Of a DNA stretch of 64,000 nucleotides, positions 24,572-38,521 are shown in pieces. Below the pieces are notes generated by a model. The model saw nothing but the letters and a program-made list of their open reading frames with translations. It was not told where the DNA came from and did not search any database. The stretch comes from Curvularia clavata (taxonomy: Eukaryota), in contig CP089277.1 of NCBI GenBank assembly GCA_023920165.1, positions 4,030,001-4,094,000 of the forward strand. Reading direction: 5' to 3'. How positions within the stretch are numbered: position 1 is the first letter of the stretch; every line of letters starts with the position of its first letter. The position numbers and the translations under genes are program-made.

Positions 24572-26258
24572 CTAAGCATGCTCAATCTTTCCCCGCCTCA
24601 GCTCAACCGCCCTCTGATTGACCTGGACAATGGCCTCCCGTGCACCCTCCCAACGTCTCCGTTTGCCCTCAAAAACACGGTGTATGTGCGGGCTCCAGAT
24701 ACCCCCCATCATCATATTGCAGAACTTCCTCTCCCGCAGCCAGAATGACCACCCTTTCCATCCGTAGCCCAGGTACTCATTGACTCCCGTCCCAGCCAGA
24801 CTGTCCATGGCTCGCAGCCATACACCAGTATCGCAGTGGCCCGGCGATACGTTTGGGCTCCGCCGTGCGTGACCAGCGAGCCACTTGTGATGTTTGTCCA
24901 CTGCAGCAATCATCTTGCGGCGCGCCGGGAGCTTCGACTTCTTGGCCCACACCTGTGCGATAGCCATCGAAGTCATGTCGAAGATTGGAAATCCACCAGT
25001 CGTGGCATGCACGTATCCTATGAAAGCCAGGCTCTCTGGTTTCTCTACCGAGAATATGTTGTGATATAGCCTGAACAGTGGCTTGCCATTCGACCCAGGA
25101 GCGTCCATCCACCGCCGTGGGTAGCATGACGGATCGAACTTGGAGTCTATCATGCCAAAGTCGGACTTGTATCCTGTGCACCATATTATGGCATCGACTT
25201 CGACACATGTTCCGTCTTGGAGCTCCACTTGGCTATCGGACAAAACCCTTCGGATTCCTGGGACGGACGAGATGCTACCTTCTTCCAGGTATGAAACTAA
25301 GTTGTCAGATACCACGGGTACTTTCCCCACTGGCTCCAACCGCCACTCGGGCCGAATGCGGAAACTTTGATCCTGGATTTTTTTGAGGGCTTTGTCAAAG
25401 AGCTTTTCCCCAAGTCGTGGGAACAACTTTGTGGCTACAACTTGAACAGTGAAGAGCCGTAAGTTCATAGCGTGGTCCATGGGCACACCATCGACGCGCC
25501 GTGGGAGCTACCGTCACACATTAGTTCAACCATAATACAAAGACTAGAACATGCCAAAGACACTTACAACTCTTGCTCCATGACGATGGGCGATATAAAC
25601 CTTGTCTGCAATACCAACTAGCGAAGTCGCCGTATCCGCCGCCGTATTGCTGAACCCGACAACTAGAACTCGTTTCCCTTCAAACTCGCTCGGGCGCTTA
25701 AAGCTTTGCGAGTGTATACTTGTGCCGGCAAACTTGTCCATTCCCTCAATAGTTGGCATATGTGGCTTGGCGACCATCCCGCCAGTAGCCATAACGACCT
25801 TATCAAAGTACTGTGCGCCTTCTCCTTGGACTTGCACAACCCATTTCTCGCGCGATTCATCGAACGTAACCTGATGAACACAAGTGTTGAGCCTAAGGTA
25901 GGGTTCAAGTTGGAAATGCTGAGTGTACGCGATCAAATATTCCTGGACCTGTGCGGCAGTGGGGTGAGAGGGCACATTGTCGGGAAAGGGAAAGTCTGTA
26001 AAACATGTCCGTTGCTTGGAGCCATTGGCTATGGTGGACTCTGTGACCGATGTCTGCTCCTGTGTAGAGTATTGCCACAGTCCACCGACATAGCTATTGC
26101 GATCAAACCCAGTTACGTTAAACCCCTCTTCTCTAAGGTTCTTCAGCGCCACAAGCCCGGCGGGTCCTGAGCCATACAGTTAGTGAACTCTCTAGTACAT
26201 TGGTTGGATGGCGGACTCTACCTAGACCTATAACAGCTACAGTCGCGGCTTTGTCCAT
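24572..26258 (-). CDS. class B flavin-containing monooxygenase (FMO-like), 3 exons
   Basis: VAVIGLG|PAGL (FAD), VGGLWQY, FMO fingerprint FAGTSIHSQSFK, RVLVVGFSNTAAD (NADPH), DAIIWCTGY. Confidence 0.93.
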
Positions 26259-27280
26259 AGTCTCGGTATCTCAGTAGGGTCGTGGTGAAGCAATGTTTTT
26301 TTTTCTCTCCGCCAGCATCGATTTTGCCTCAGTAACGGGAACATGGGCGCCATCTATTGCTCGCTTGAGACCCTGTCACGCTAGATAGGTAAGGAAAGCA
26401 AAGAAGCAGAGCAAATGTACGCTCCGCTGACGTGTCCAACTCTGTACCACTTGGGTAATACTACGGCGTCTTTCTCGGTGGTTTAGACACTGGGAAAGAA
26501 CTGACCCACTAGGACAGCCAAACTCGCGGGTCAAGAGCACAAGTCAAAGTTCAAGACAAAATCATCATCTTTGGTATCAAAAATAGCGGAAAAATCCCAT
26601 GAACATTCCAAATCCTTCATCGTCTATTGAGGTATCCATCTCTCGTCACTGAAAACCAACAACTGCATGTTGTCAGAATTCGCGCGCAGATGCACCGTGG
26701 TGGCACAGTAACGAGTAACTGTGCAAGTACTTTCATCTCGACGCACCACAACCGTCATGGTCACGCATTGCCGGCAATTATGCCGAAGCCGGTTGCATCC
26801 TCCGCGGCTATCACGCCAATTGCCGCCCGTGGCCCGCCCGCTGTCAGAATCCTTTCAAACCCCTCGTGGCAAGTTTGGGAATACCCTGCATTCCGTTGAC
26901 CTGCCACCCTGATTTGGTTACTGCACCGCCACGGTAGTGTGGCGTCGTGCCCCGCTTCACAGCCCACCCCTCCGCGCGTTGTGGTGCCACAAAGTGCTTC
27001 TGCGGCTTCGCATTGACCGGAACGCCCCCAACAAACTGCCTTGTCCAGCTAATCAACGCTAAATGTGATAATTGATGTGCTTTTGCAAATTGCGATTGGT
27101 TGTTGCTTTCTCGTCTCAAGGCAGCAGCAATGCCATCATGCAAAGGAGCAGGAGACGGCCATCAAAAGGAATAAACTTGCCAGCTCCACTACCTCCCCTC
27201 TTCGTCTTTGCCATTCTCATCTCCCCACAACATCCTATCGTCCTATCATCCCGTTTGAAGAACCATTTACGTAAACTGCT

Positions 27281-29596
27281 ATGGCTGGTCCGCCTCCAAA
27301 CCCCGCCAATCCAAACGTCAGCTCACACCCCTCACCTCCGTCCGTATCGTCGCAGTCCAGCATAGCATTCACCCCGAGCGCGACATCAGTTGCTGATTCC
27401 TCTGACAATGAGTTCGATCCGACCCCTGTACACAGCCCTGGAGGCCCTCGATATGACGATCTGCCACCCTCCTACGATGACGCGAGGTACCAGGCTGTTC
27501 ACGATGCACGCAACGGTATTGCCCCTATAGATCCAAATCAAATCGAAGCCCATCGCATTGCCCTCAGCCAAGGGCCCAACGACCCTGAAATATGGGAATA
27601 CAGAATCAGAGGAGAGCAGCTGGACCCCACGAGTGAGCAGGAACAAGCACCCGACTATGCAAATCATAGAAGCGACAAGGCCACCAGTGTTCCTGTCCAA
27701 CATGTGAGCTCTACTGAGAATATCCCTGTTGGACGCATGAGGAGCGAGTTCAATTCGCCGCAGACGCCGGTCGACTTGGCTTCTGCCATGCTAAACCAAG
27801 CCTTGGAGTTTACACGCCAGCAACCGAATACCCCTGCGCAGCATGCTCCGCGTCTGAGTAGAATCATTGCCATTCCTGGTGAAGGAGGATCGGTCAGATC
27901 CGCTGAAGAGCATGAGCAGTTTTTATGTGCATACACTCAGACTTTGCATGGTCATGCTATCGAACCAGATCAATTCTTGAGCTTCCTGCGTGGCCTCAAT
28001 GTCTTGCTTAGATCAACCAACACAACAGCTACAGACTTGCTACGCGACCCTTCTGGCCTCGTCGATCAGTACATCAGAGGTGCCAATGAGGCCTTCTTTG
28101 CTCCGAGGGGTCTGAGGGTATCGTTCCGCAGTGAAGCAGCAATTCTCGCATCTCTACCTCTTCCTACTGGACCAGGGCAACGGGATGCAGTCGCTGACCG
28201 CCTCTTGGAAGAACCCAGGTCTGCTGCTACTCGCGCGCAAAGATTGACTCCATGGATCGAACCGCTTAATACCGAGAAACTGCCCGCGCCGAGCGAGCAC
28301 ATGTATAGGTTGCACGAGATGGGCGAGCGCTTTTCTCGTCAAGCAACTTCTACGGCTCGTGCAAACGCATATGATGACCCACCGCATTCGATTCCGACAA
28401 TGGCGGAAGAAGCTCATTATGGAACTGGCCAGCAGCCCACCACGCAAAGGAGAGGAAATTGGTCACCGTTTGGTCCACCAGGTCACGGCCCATTTGGCGC
28501 TCCAGGCAACAGACCCTTTGGCGCACCCGATAATGGTCCCTTTGGACGTCCGGGTCGGGCACCTTTTGGAGCCGCTGGCTTTGGTTCGTTTGGCGCACGT
28601 GGTCATGGAAACCTCGGTGCAGCGGGGCCTTCACGGCAAGGAGACTACTCTGTTGGCAAGGAATGGGCGGAAGTGGGCAAAGAGATTGGGAAAATTGGCG
28701 AAGAGTTTGGAAAGATGATGGGCGATTTGGGTATGCAATTTGGCCAGCGCGCGAACAGGCTCGGCATGAATCTTGAACGGATGACGAGCGGCAGCAGTTC
28801 CCGGCAGGCCGGTGCCCCTAGGTCGAATACCTATGGACAAGCACATGACGATCTGCCGCCCTCGTATGAGCCTCCAAGCGGTCAAGAAAGTGGCGTGATA
28901 CCTGGTGACCATAAGATTCAACCCGATTACGATTCCTCGAAAATGACAAAGGAGAAGAGCAAGGAAACTCATGTAGACGATGACGATGATGACGCATCTT
29001 CGCTTTCATCTGATAGCTCCGACTCTGATTCTGACAGTGACTCGGACGATGAAGACTACCGCGATGCTGAGAAAGAATGTGACAAACGTCTGCGTTCTAT
29101 CGAAGAATTCGCTGCAAAGTCTGCTGCAAAGGGCACCAAAACGCCCGAGGAAATATCACGCGAGCGTGCGTCTGCTGTGGAAAAAGTTCAGAAAGACAAG
29201 CAGAAGCTAGCGAGCAAGTTCGCAATGAAACAATCCAAACGCGCTGCCATGCGTGAGGTTAGGAAGCGCAGTCGTCAACTCAAGAAGGAGCATCGGCAGC
29301 GGAAGAGGGAGCTCCGTGCTTCTTCTTCTTCTTCTGAGGGCAAAGGCAAAGGCAAGGCCAAGGCTAAGAAGAGCAAAGAATGGAAGGAGGAGAAGAAGGC
29401 ATACAAAGATTTGAAGAAGGTGCTCAGGAAGGATAAATTGGCTGCTAGAAAAGAGTGGCGCGATGCAAGGAAGGAATGGCGTGAGACGAGAAATGACATT
29501 CGCCGGGGTAGAGGGGAAGTGATGGGTACAAAGGGTGTTCAGGGACCTGATCAAGACGAACTGGTGTGGTTGGTGGTTGAGAATTTGGGGCCCTGA
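27281..29596 (+). CDS. conserved-looking hypothetical protein (771 aa) with PY motifs, Gly-Phe repeats, acidic tract and Lys/Arg-rich C-terminus
   Basis: Single 2.3-kb ORF; LPPSY twice; globular-looking core (FLCAYTQTLHGHAIEPDQFLSFLRGLN...YIRGANEAFFAPRGLRV). Confidence 0.85.
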   Translation: MAGPPPNPANPNVSSHPSPPSVSSQSSIAFTPSATSVADSSDNEFDPTPVHSPGGPRYDDLPPSYDDARYQAVHDARNGIAPIDPNQIEAHRIALSQGPNDPEIWEYRIRGEQLDPTSEQEQAPDYANHRSDKATSVPVQHVSSTENIPVGRMRSEFNSPQTPVDLASAMLNQALEFTRQQPNTPAQHAPRLSRIIAIPGEGGSVRSAEEHEQFLCAYTQTLHGHAIEPDQFLSFLRGLNVLLRSTNTTATDLLRDPSGLVDQYIRGANEAFFAPRGLRVSFRSEAAILASLPLPTGPGQRDAVADRLLEEPRSAATRAQRLTPWIEPLNTEKLPAPSEHMYRLHEMGERFSRQATSTARANAYDDPPHSIPTMAEEAHYGTGQQPTTQRRGNWSPFGPPGHGPFGAPGNRPFGAPDNGPFGRPGRAPFGAAGFGSFGARGHGNLGAAGPSRQGDYSVGKEWAEVGKEIGKIGEEFGKMMGDLGMQFGQRANRLGMNLERMTSGSSSRQAGAPRSNTYGQAHDDLPPSYEPPSGQESGVIPGDHKIQPDYDSSKMTKEKSKETHVDDDDDDASSLSSDSSDSDSDSDSDDEDYRDAEKECDKRLRSIEEFAAKSAAKGTKTPEEISRERASAVEKVQKDKQKLASKFAMKQSKRAAMREVRKRSRQLKKEHRQRKRELRASSSSSEGKGKGKAKAKKSKEWKEEKKAYKDLKKVLRKDKLAARKEWRDARKEWRETRNDIRRGRGEVMGTKGVQGPDQDELVWLVVENLGP

Positions 29597-29720
29597 GACG
29601 GCTTGATGGTTTTGTTCAACTGCGTATTTAGAAGTTTAACTGATCTTTGCGGATAGCAGCGAAGTATAGTCCCTTTGCCTTTTGAAGCTATAAGAAACCC
29701 CGTTTCCATCAATTGCTAGC

Positions 29721-31544
29721 TCAGTATCCGTATAACATGATACGCTCATTTGTCGAAGATTTAAGTCTTCTGTTCTCCTTAATCAACATCCCGCGAATGA
29801 CCCAAGCACATGCAATTGACAGCAGTGCAAAGCCGGCCGAAGCTCCAAAGCCGATACCATAGCGCGGCTTATCAGTGTCTGGCCAGAGATAGGCTCCATA
29901 TATGTATCCTATTTGGCCTCCCACATTTGTCATGGCAAGGACAACCTGCTGATCGTTAGGTGCATTTCTTTCGAGGGAAAAGATATGAAGGTGGGAAGAG
30001 CTTAGGGAGAACTTACAGCCTTCTTCTCCTTGGTTTGGCTCAGTGTCGAAGAGGCCCATCCGATGATCACAGAGTTTACAGAGTACGCCCCGACCGGAAA
30101 GATGAAACAAGCGACATAACGGCCCGCCGTGTTCAGGGTACTCGCGGCGATTACAAAGCCCACGACTGCGACTAGCAAGCCGCCAGTTATGTGCCAGGTA
30201 CGCTCGTGCATGCGGCCTGAGCTCCAGCCCGTGGCGATTCCGGCTGCCCCTGCAAACAGGAAAGGCGGGCATGTCAGGACGAGGGTAACGGTGGTGCTGA
30301 AGCCAAGCGTCTTGACAACACTGCGAAATTACCTGTTAGAAACATGGTCTTCCGACGAAAGGAAAAGTGGTCATGATTTCCAATGGAATACTCACGTTGG
30401 GAAGAACGAGTTGAATGAGCAAGCGCTCAGATGGAAGTTCTGCATCAAAACGAACAGCCAGCATCTCTTGTCTCGGCATGCTTGCTTCAACCCCTCCATC
30501 ATGCTGACGGGCTCGGTAGCATCACCAATACGGTCTCGCTCCATACGTGCATTCGCTAGCTCCCGTTCGCGCGGCGTCAGCCAGCGGGTAGTAAGGGGCG
30601 TGTTGGGAAGCATGAAGAAGCCGACGATCGCTACGAGAGCAGTCGCTGCACCTTCACTACGAAAACGTTAGTGAAAACCCTCCAGGTACAACATGGAAAG
30701 ATGAGGAACCAACATGATGAACAGCCACCTCCAACCCGCAATCCCTCTCAAGCCATCCATCTGAAAGACAGCCGCAGCAATCAAACCACTAAATCCCGTG
30801 GCAAGAATCTGCGCACAGTACAGCAGCGCAATGCGTGTCGCCACTTCTCTCCGCGTATAGAAAATGGACAACATATACGTAGCTCCAGGGTAAAAAGGCG
30901 CCTCGGTAATACCCAGGAAAAATCGACATGCAACCATGCCGCCAAAGTTCTGCACCAGCGCCGTACATGCCGATACAACTGCCCAAACAAGCATCCAGCT
31001 GCTCATATATATGCCGGGTTTGATGCGTGTAATGAGCATATTGGAGGGAACTTGCATCAAGACGTAGCCGACAAATAGACTATTTTCAAGAGGGACGCGG
31101 TCAGTCCTGGTTTTCGGTATGGAGGCTAGGATGAACTAACATGCTAACACAGGTATTGAACTGCACACCTGTCATACCCAAATCATCTTCAAGATTATTC
31201 AATCTTGCCTGCGCGATCGCATTACGATCAACGTAATTAAGGAAATACATAACCATTAATGTTGGCTATTATTTCTGTTAGCTTCCAAATAATCCGTTTT
31301 CCTTTCCATTTCCAACCCATTTCTTCGACTGCCAGGAGAGACAATAAATTGCACATACCATAAGTCTCCAGTCAATCTTCCTCACGAGCGCAATCTCCTC
31401 AGGGTCGTTCTTCCGCTCCGCTCCCGTGTAGTCGACCGCGGCGGCATGCTTATCCGGACCAAGCTCCGACTTGTCGTCGAGGTGCGCCACAACGGCGGGC
31501 TTTTCATCGATCGGCTCGACGGTAGCATGGTGTTTAGAATCCAT
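29721..31544 (-). CDS. MFS transporter, anion:cation symporter (Dal5/Tna1-like) family
   Basis: EIALVRKIDWRLM, YFLNYVDRNAIAQARL, RFFLGITEAPFYPG, FYTRREVATRIAL, GIAGWRWLFI|EGA; multiple introns. Confidence 0.93.
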
Positions 31545-32431
31545 TGGCACGTCACTCTATTTAAAAAAAAAGACCACTGGGCTCGGAAGTTGAAAAGAAA
31601 AAGAGAAAGGGCAAATGCAAGACCCAGCCGTCTAAAATATAGAAGAAATCCCCACTGCACACAAGCACCTTTTTCTCAACGGCTCCTCCACTGTAGGGAA
31701 ACCCGGTTCCTTCGCCATGATGTTTTGCTTGGCAAGGCATTGGCACAGGGTAGCTTGAAGTGCTTCCAAGACGTTTCCCCGCACCGCCGTACCACCGTGA
31801 CACTCATCCAGCCGTGTCGGAAGGCCAGCCACAAAACTTGGCCCTGCCGATCTAAGCATGGGGACCAGGAATCAGGCGTACAATAACCAGCAGACTAGTA
31901 TATATCGCGACTTCCAAGACTTTTGCTTCGGAAGTTGTTTTGGTACCGATCTCGCTGGGTTTTGCTTTTGGTGCAGGATGCGCGCTCGTTATTGTGGAGG
32001 GATCTGGGGAAAAACTGGGACCGACAACATGGTTAGGGGCTTGTGGGGATGCAAGAGGAGTTGCCTAGGCTCGTTGATTGCGGCGTGACGCTTGATTCAC
32101 TTGTTCAGCTGGCATTGGCACAGGTAATTGGTATGTCAGGTCAAAGAAGTGCAATGTGACTGTGACCAAGTACCATTGCATACATCCGCCTAACGCGCGT
32201 TTGTTTCTTTTCTCGTAAATTTCTTGCGTACCGCATTCAGGAATGGCTTTGTGCTCATGCATAAAAATTTCACATTGCTTTCGTATACTTCATCATCTGA
32301 ATAAGTCATAAAATTCGTAAGCCGGCTGGACAATAAAGCCAGGCCTCTGTATGTGCAAGCATACTTGCTTCTTTGCTATAGCTTTCAGCTGCCACTCACA
32401 GAGGGCACCAAGTGGCTGGTCAACTGTGTTT

Positions 32432-34037
32432 CTAACAAGAGGCACCGAACTTGTACTGTACCTGCCCGTTCGTGATCGGAGGGAAGACACCGGCATCAAC
32501 GAGCCTGAAAGCATCCCACTCAGCTGCACCCTCGGTCTTGAAGTTCCACCAGATCCAACCCTGGGTTGCAGCCTCGTAGGCGCGGATCTGTGCCTCGATG
32601 TAGCGTCTGGTATCGTCCTTGAAGGAAGCAGACCACTGGGAAATATCTTGTCGCCAGCCGCAGTCACCAAGCTTAGGGTTGCCCAAATAGGTACCATCGA
32701 AGCGTGCGCCACGTCCGTAGCCATTCAGGTACTTTGCACAGTCCCTGGTGAAAAGTTAGCGAATTCGCCTACTATCATCCGCAAAATGGGTATTCTTACG
32801 TCATGGCGCCTGTCCACTCCCCAACTAAACACAAACAAGTCAGTAAAGGCTGCAAAATGCACCAAGTCGTCTTTTACATACCAAAAGTCCACTTATCCGC
32901 ACCACCGTATGCACCCGTGTTCGTACAAGCGTACTGTGCATGTTGGGCAGCCGACATCTTAAGAAGATTTGAATCGAACACTTGGTACTGGTGAGTATCA
33001 ATGGCGACATTCTGAGCGTTGGCGTCTGAAGGAGTGAGGAAGCCATTCCATGAGTTTGGTGCAGTGAAGCCATCGCCAATGATTACTGGGGTGTCGGAAA
33101 CGTCACGTGTTTGACCATATCCATCGCGATAGAACTGTGCCAGAACATCGCGGCTAAGACCATTGTACAACGCCGGTTCATTGAGCAACTCGATACCAAT
33201 AATGACATCTTGATAGCCCGTTTGCGCGTATTTTTGGGAAATGGTCCGGAGAACTTGTAGCGTCTTCTGAACAGTGTCGCCTTGTTGCCAAGTTGGGCGA
33301 TCCATGCGTTGACCAGAGTTGTCGAATCCATTCTGGGAGCCAGGTGCGCCGTGGAGGTCGATTATAATTTTGAGCCCAAGGCTTCGGGCCCAGTCGACAG
33401 CAGCATCGATGTAGACACTTGCTCCGCTAACGTAAGGCGAACCGAAGGTGTCGTAGGCCCAGTATCCGACAGGGATACGGACGACGTTGAACCCCGCTTG
33501 CTTGATCTTGTTAAAGTCTTGCCAGGTGACCCAAGTGTCCCAGTGGCGACGAAGAATGCTAAGTGCAGCCTGGCTTCCAAGCTTCTCTCCCAGCGTATAC
33601 TCTGCGCTTGTTAAGTGTCCAATCTCTTGACAAGAATGTAGGCACACGCAACATACCGTCAACAATGTCTTGCTGGGGACGACCACTGTTTGCACTGTCG
33701 AAGATCGATGGTGTGATCCAGCTGGTTAAGGCAATTAGCGTTTTGAGGCAAAGCATGAAGCAGTACGTGTTACTTACGGCTCCAGGACCAGCCACCCGCC
33801 AATATTTACACCGCGAATCTTCTCAGATCCCCAACCGAAGCTCACTCCGCGTTTTTGGCTAACGGACCAGTCAGCAGCTGCATGATACATGGATTGTTTC
33901 AGAAGGCAGAACAGGGTATTTGCAAGTGGTTTATGTGTCGGAACAGGCAAGGCATGTGCTTCAAGTGTCACTTACGTTGGGACTGCAAGAACAGTGGCGC
34001 ATAGTGATAGCGCAGATACGAGTTTTGTGAGAATCAT
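32432..34037 (-). CDS. exgA: secreted GH5 exo-beta-1,3-glucanase
   Basis: Signal peptide MILTKLVSALSLCATVLAVP; IRGVNIGGWLVLEP|WITPSIF, VRIPVGYWA, IDLHGAPGSQNGFDNSG, IELLNEP (acid/base), VGEWTGA (nucleophile), GWIWWNFKTE. Confidence 0.95.
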
Positions 34038-35629
34038 ATTGAAGAAACGATAGTTCTCTCAGACTGTGTCACCGGATAGCGGGCCAAAGAGGTGGTGATA
34101 CTGCCTTATTTAATAACTATTCCAAGCCTAATCATGCGGCGAAATGCCAACTTACCCAGATGTCTGGTTGCCATCTGGGCCATGGCACGATCCCGGAAAT
34201 TAAGACGGACTGCGCATCTAGCTTTCACATGATGTAGGTCAACAAGCGGAGACTATCTTCACCAGGCAGAAAAGGCAGGTATGCTGCTACTGCCAGTCTG
34301 TGCGTGTGCGGAGAGGATTCTGTCAGCAAGCACAATCAAGATGTGATTGGCTTCGGCTTCGGTAGAGTACGCGGGACAGTGTACTAACCATGACAAAATG
34401 CCAATTTAGGCAGGAGATTTAAATTGACAACAACACCAAGGAGGTCATGATGAGCATCGCTGCTCACCAAGTGGGACCACGGGGTAGGTGGGTGCCGAAG
34501 CATGTGAGGCATTAAAGCGGAGCTCGACTACACAACTGCAGTACACCCAACCCTGCTGTCCACTAAGAGGGAGTCATACGGGCCGGGAACCCGGGTAAGT
34601 TGACTGCGCATTCTATCGAAGTGTACTCACTCGTGAGATGTTTGAGCTGCCGAGGAGGCAAACAACGGTACACTACTATCGGGTTCGAGCTGTAGCGCAT
34701 TTATGTAGTCGAGTGACGTTCAAAATACACCATGCTTCCAAATCAGCCTTGGTCGGACAAGTTGCCAGCTCTTGGGCGCCTAGTGGCGGTTTGTTGTTGC
34801 GAATGGCAGCATGAAGCTTGTACTTGGCGGGGATTTGGCATGCAGCCAAACCAGGCACAGCGTTCGGTCCAATCTCGCGCAGTCATCTGATCTATGGCGA
34901 CCTATGACAGGGCAGAAGGTGTGGATCATGGATTAAGGTTCGTACAAATAGTTCGCCGTTGTCGCATGGCGGTCAGGTTTTCTTCAGTCTGGCCCCGAGC
35001 GACAATGGCTGGCATCCCTGACATGTACCCCACATGCCCCAGCGAACCCCATACTCACTAGCCAACCCCATGTGACCCCGCGCCACGTTGTTCATGCTGC
35101 TCTGGAGAGCGGCAGTGTAGGGCAGCTTGAAGAGGCCAATACTGGGCGCGTGGTATTCTGGCATTCTGAGGGAGAAGCCAGCTGAATCTAAGGGCCTGCA
35201 GGTATGTACGGCCATCGTCTCTGCACACAGGGTGTGCCGGAGTATCGGCGCGTGCTTACACCTTGGCTTTGGGCTGCAAAAGTTTACACGGCCATCGAAT
35301 GGTTATGGAACACCTGGGAACCTTGAAGGGCCGACCCATGAGTGATGCGGCGACGAGTGGCGTACCGCCAAAATGTTCCTGAGGCGCACAGGCAGTTTGC
35401 ATCAAAGATGAACATCACATGACTAGAGCCGCGACACCTATTAGTGGCGAACAACTCTACCTCTAGAGACAGTGATATAGAGAAGTCACTTGTGTAAAAA
35501 AAAAGGCTCTAATTCTCTGTTTTGGAGGGTATTTAGCATAACTGCGTGTACTTCCCGCAACGCACAACTCACGTGAAATCTTAGTCCAACATCCGGTTGT
35601 AAAGTGTAGTTCGTGAATGAAGTTGCATA

Positions 35630-37371
35630 TCAACGACATGTAGCAGTCATCTTCTTTCCAATCCACCCGCTCACCCACAAGAATCCGGGCACCGCAGTGA
35701 CAGCAGATAATATTCCAAGCACCAACGCCATCGTCGCCCACCCATTTGCCTCGACAATTTGGCCAGCTAGAAGTGGACCCGCCATACAGCCCCCAGCGAA
35801 TGCCATATTGAACAGTGCGTAAGCCTGAGCAAATGCGCCGCCCTTCCCAAACCCAGGACGTCCGCTTGCGATCATGTTCTTCTCCTTCGCTTCAGCCACA
35901 GCGGAGATCTCAGCCATCACTGGGGGAAACGTCATGCCTATGAAGAGACCAATGACTGCCAATAATGCGCATAAGAGAACTTTGTCCTGAAGAGTATCTT
36001 CGTTGACAAAGCGCAGGCAGATAAGCGGAGGGCAGCCGCACAGGAAGCCAATAATGACGAGGTAGCGCCCACCATACTTATCAGAGAGGTGACCCCACAA
36101 CGGCGCAAAGAAAGTTGGTATGATAATAGGGAGAAATAGAAGCGCAGCGCCCGTCGAATTCCACTTAAAAGTATCCGCAGCGTGAATGGTAAGAACAGAG
36201 TCAAATGCTGTCAACAGAAGTGCCTGGATGAGTGCGCAGAAGAGTGAGGCGAGCAAGCGTCGGGAATAAAGGAGTGATAAGACTGGTGGAAAGCGATCGC
36301 GTAGACGCTGCTGAGGCGGAGCCTCCCGTTGCACTTCGACATCGCTCGAATCCGACTGTCCTGGTGATTTTGAGGCATCTGACCCGGAATTCTGCAACGG
36401 GAGTGTTGATGCAGCGTCTTTGTTTGGTTTGGCATCCGCACCTACTCGCTGACGTCCTGCGACATTGGGGTCCCATTGTGCGGCTACCTTCTTCTCTACA
36501 AGCAACAGTCGGAGAATAACGTCCAAACCCACTAGTGCATAGCACATGCCGAAAACAGCATTGTACCCAGCCTGATCATACACTACGCCTCCAAGAAGCG
36601 GAGATATGAGCATTCCTAGTGACATGCCAATCGACAACCACCCTGAAGCCGTTGCGAGTTGGTCTTGAGGTACGGTATCGGCTAAGAGGGCGAGTCCAAC
36701 AACCCATCTATTCAATGTCAGCATGTAAATCACACAGATAAGGAGATGATACCACATACACTACAGCAGCTGAGGCTCCCTGCAGAACTCGCCCGGTGAT
36801 CAGCACGCCAATGGAATTGCCAATATTTAGTAATACTGTCGAGCCTAGAAGGACGAATAAACCTAAGAGAAGCGGCAACCGACGAGACGAGCTTCGGTCA
36901 GCAAGCCAACCGCAAATTGGCGAAAACAGGAGAAGCGAGGCTCCGTATACTGCGACTAGCACAGATACCCAGTATTGTACTCGATCTTCTTCTATATGGC
37001 TGCGAGATCTTATCGCGAATGGAATAACGGGTACGACAACGCCGTACAAAAACATGTCCTTTCAAAATTAGTCCTAAACTTTGGACACGATTGCTCAAGC
37101 TAGCGTTAAAAGCGGGAATACATACAGTAAAGACAGCCAAAGCGATAGTACCAATGATGAACGTATCAGAGCTTCTGTACTTGAGCATGAATGGGGGGTT
37201 GGAGCCATGCTGTGTAAACCACGACAACCATCTTTGCCGAGCCATACCCATTGAAACTATTCCCTCGCGCAATTGAGTATTAGATTTCTGTGCGTCAGAA
37301 GCGCCATGGAGTTGCTGGTGGTCAGAAGTCGTTCCAGATTGCCGAAGTGGCTCTGCACCTTGTTTCTCCAT
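35630..37371 (-). CDS. MFS transporter, vesicular amine transporter-like (DHA1-related)
   Basis: FT|DMFLYGVVVPVIPF, GWLADRSSSRRLPLL, GRVLQGASAAVV|WVVGLALLADTV, AQAYALFNMAFAGG; two introns. Confidence 0.9.
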
Positions 37372-38521
37372 CTGGTCGAACTCCGCAAAGTCAATAGCAC
37401 TAGCCCCTGAAACTTCTGCTTCTCTTTCTGCCCTTGGTCTATGGGCAATACATGCTACCGCAGTCTGAAGGGCAGAAGCAGTTTCAATTCGGTTTAGGAT
37501 GAGACGATCAATAGCTGCCGCTAGAAGGATTAAACGGACCCCGTACTAGCCGAGGATGAGTTAGCCTGCTCATGGCAGCCCCACTCCGCTAAATGATCAC
37601 TGCCGATGACATCACGAGGTTTTCTCAAGCAACACCCACAATACACCATTCTTCAGTTTTGCAACACGGAAACGATGCGCTTAGTCTTGGCTAGATGTGG
37701 TTGCATAACGGCCTGCACCGTCGGGTTGTTGCCTAGTAACCTGTTGTTAGCCGCAGAATGGCAAGTCATTTATCCAGTCGAGAAGCGCGAAGCCCGTCAA
37801 TTCACCGCGTTCACTGGACTGTGTCACATACCAAGGCCCCGAGGCGATGGGCTAATGCAGCAATTGACTCACACATTAGGCATCATGGATTAATAATATC
37901 CTGAATTAATTCTATAATATGCAACTTCAACGAGTGGGATGACTTAATAGTGTCTATCCTACTAAGCTCAGGCCAGCTTGTGGTGTGGTTACTTGACCAA
38001 AAAACTTTCGATATTCACTATTTGGTATGTCAGTGCATTTTCGGTTGATGGACAACATGCCGATACCATTACCCCTGCTGCTCTCAATACTGTGATTTTA
38101 ATAGATACCAAGAGACTGGTTCTCTCTGGATGGCAAAGGTTGGTAATGACTTTGTAGAACGAACTACCGACAGCAGTAACCCTCTCATAGCTCTAGACAG
38201 CATCGACTGGGCATATTTTACCGTCTCAATCCTGTGATGTACTCTAGCCCTTAAGTACAAGAAAGAGAACGTTAAAGAGGAGAGTTCGCAGACTTAACGT
38301 CCGCCACATTCCCTTTGTTAACTTCTACATCATTGACTTTGGATTGGGTCACAACATTGGTCCACAGTCCTTGATCCAACGAGCAATCAGTATATCGTAT
38401 CGGCCACTGAAGCAGCTCAAATGCCAAAGTACCCGATCCCAAATGCGGGTCGAGATCAGAAACAACGTCATTCATTAAAGTCATTACAGCATTTTCTGTT
38501 CTCTTTTATGCACAAGAACCC

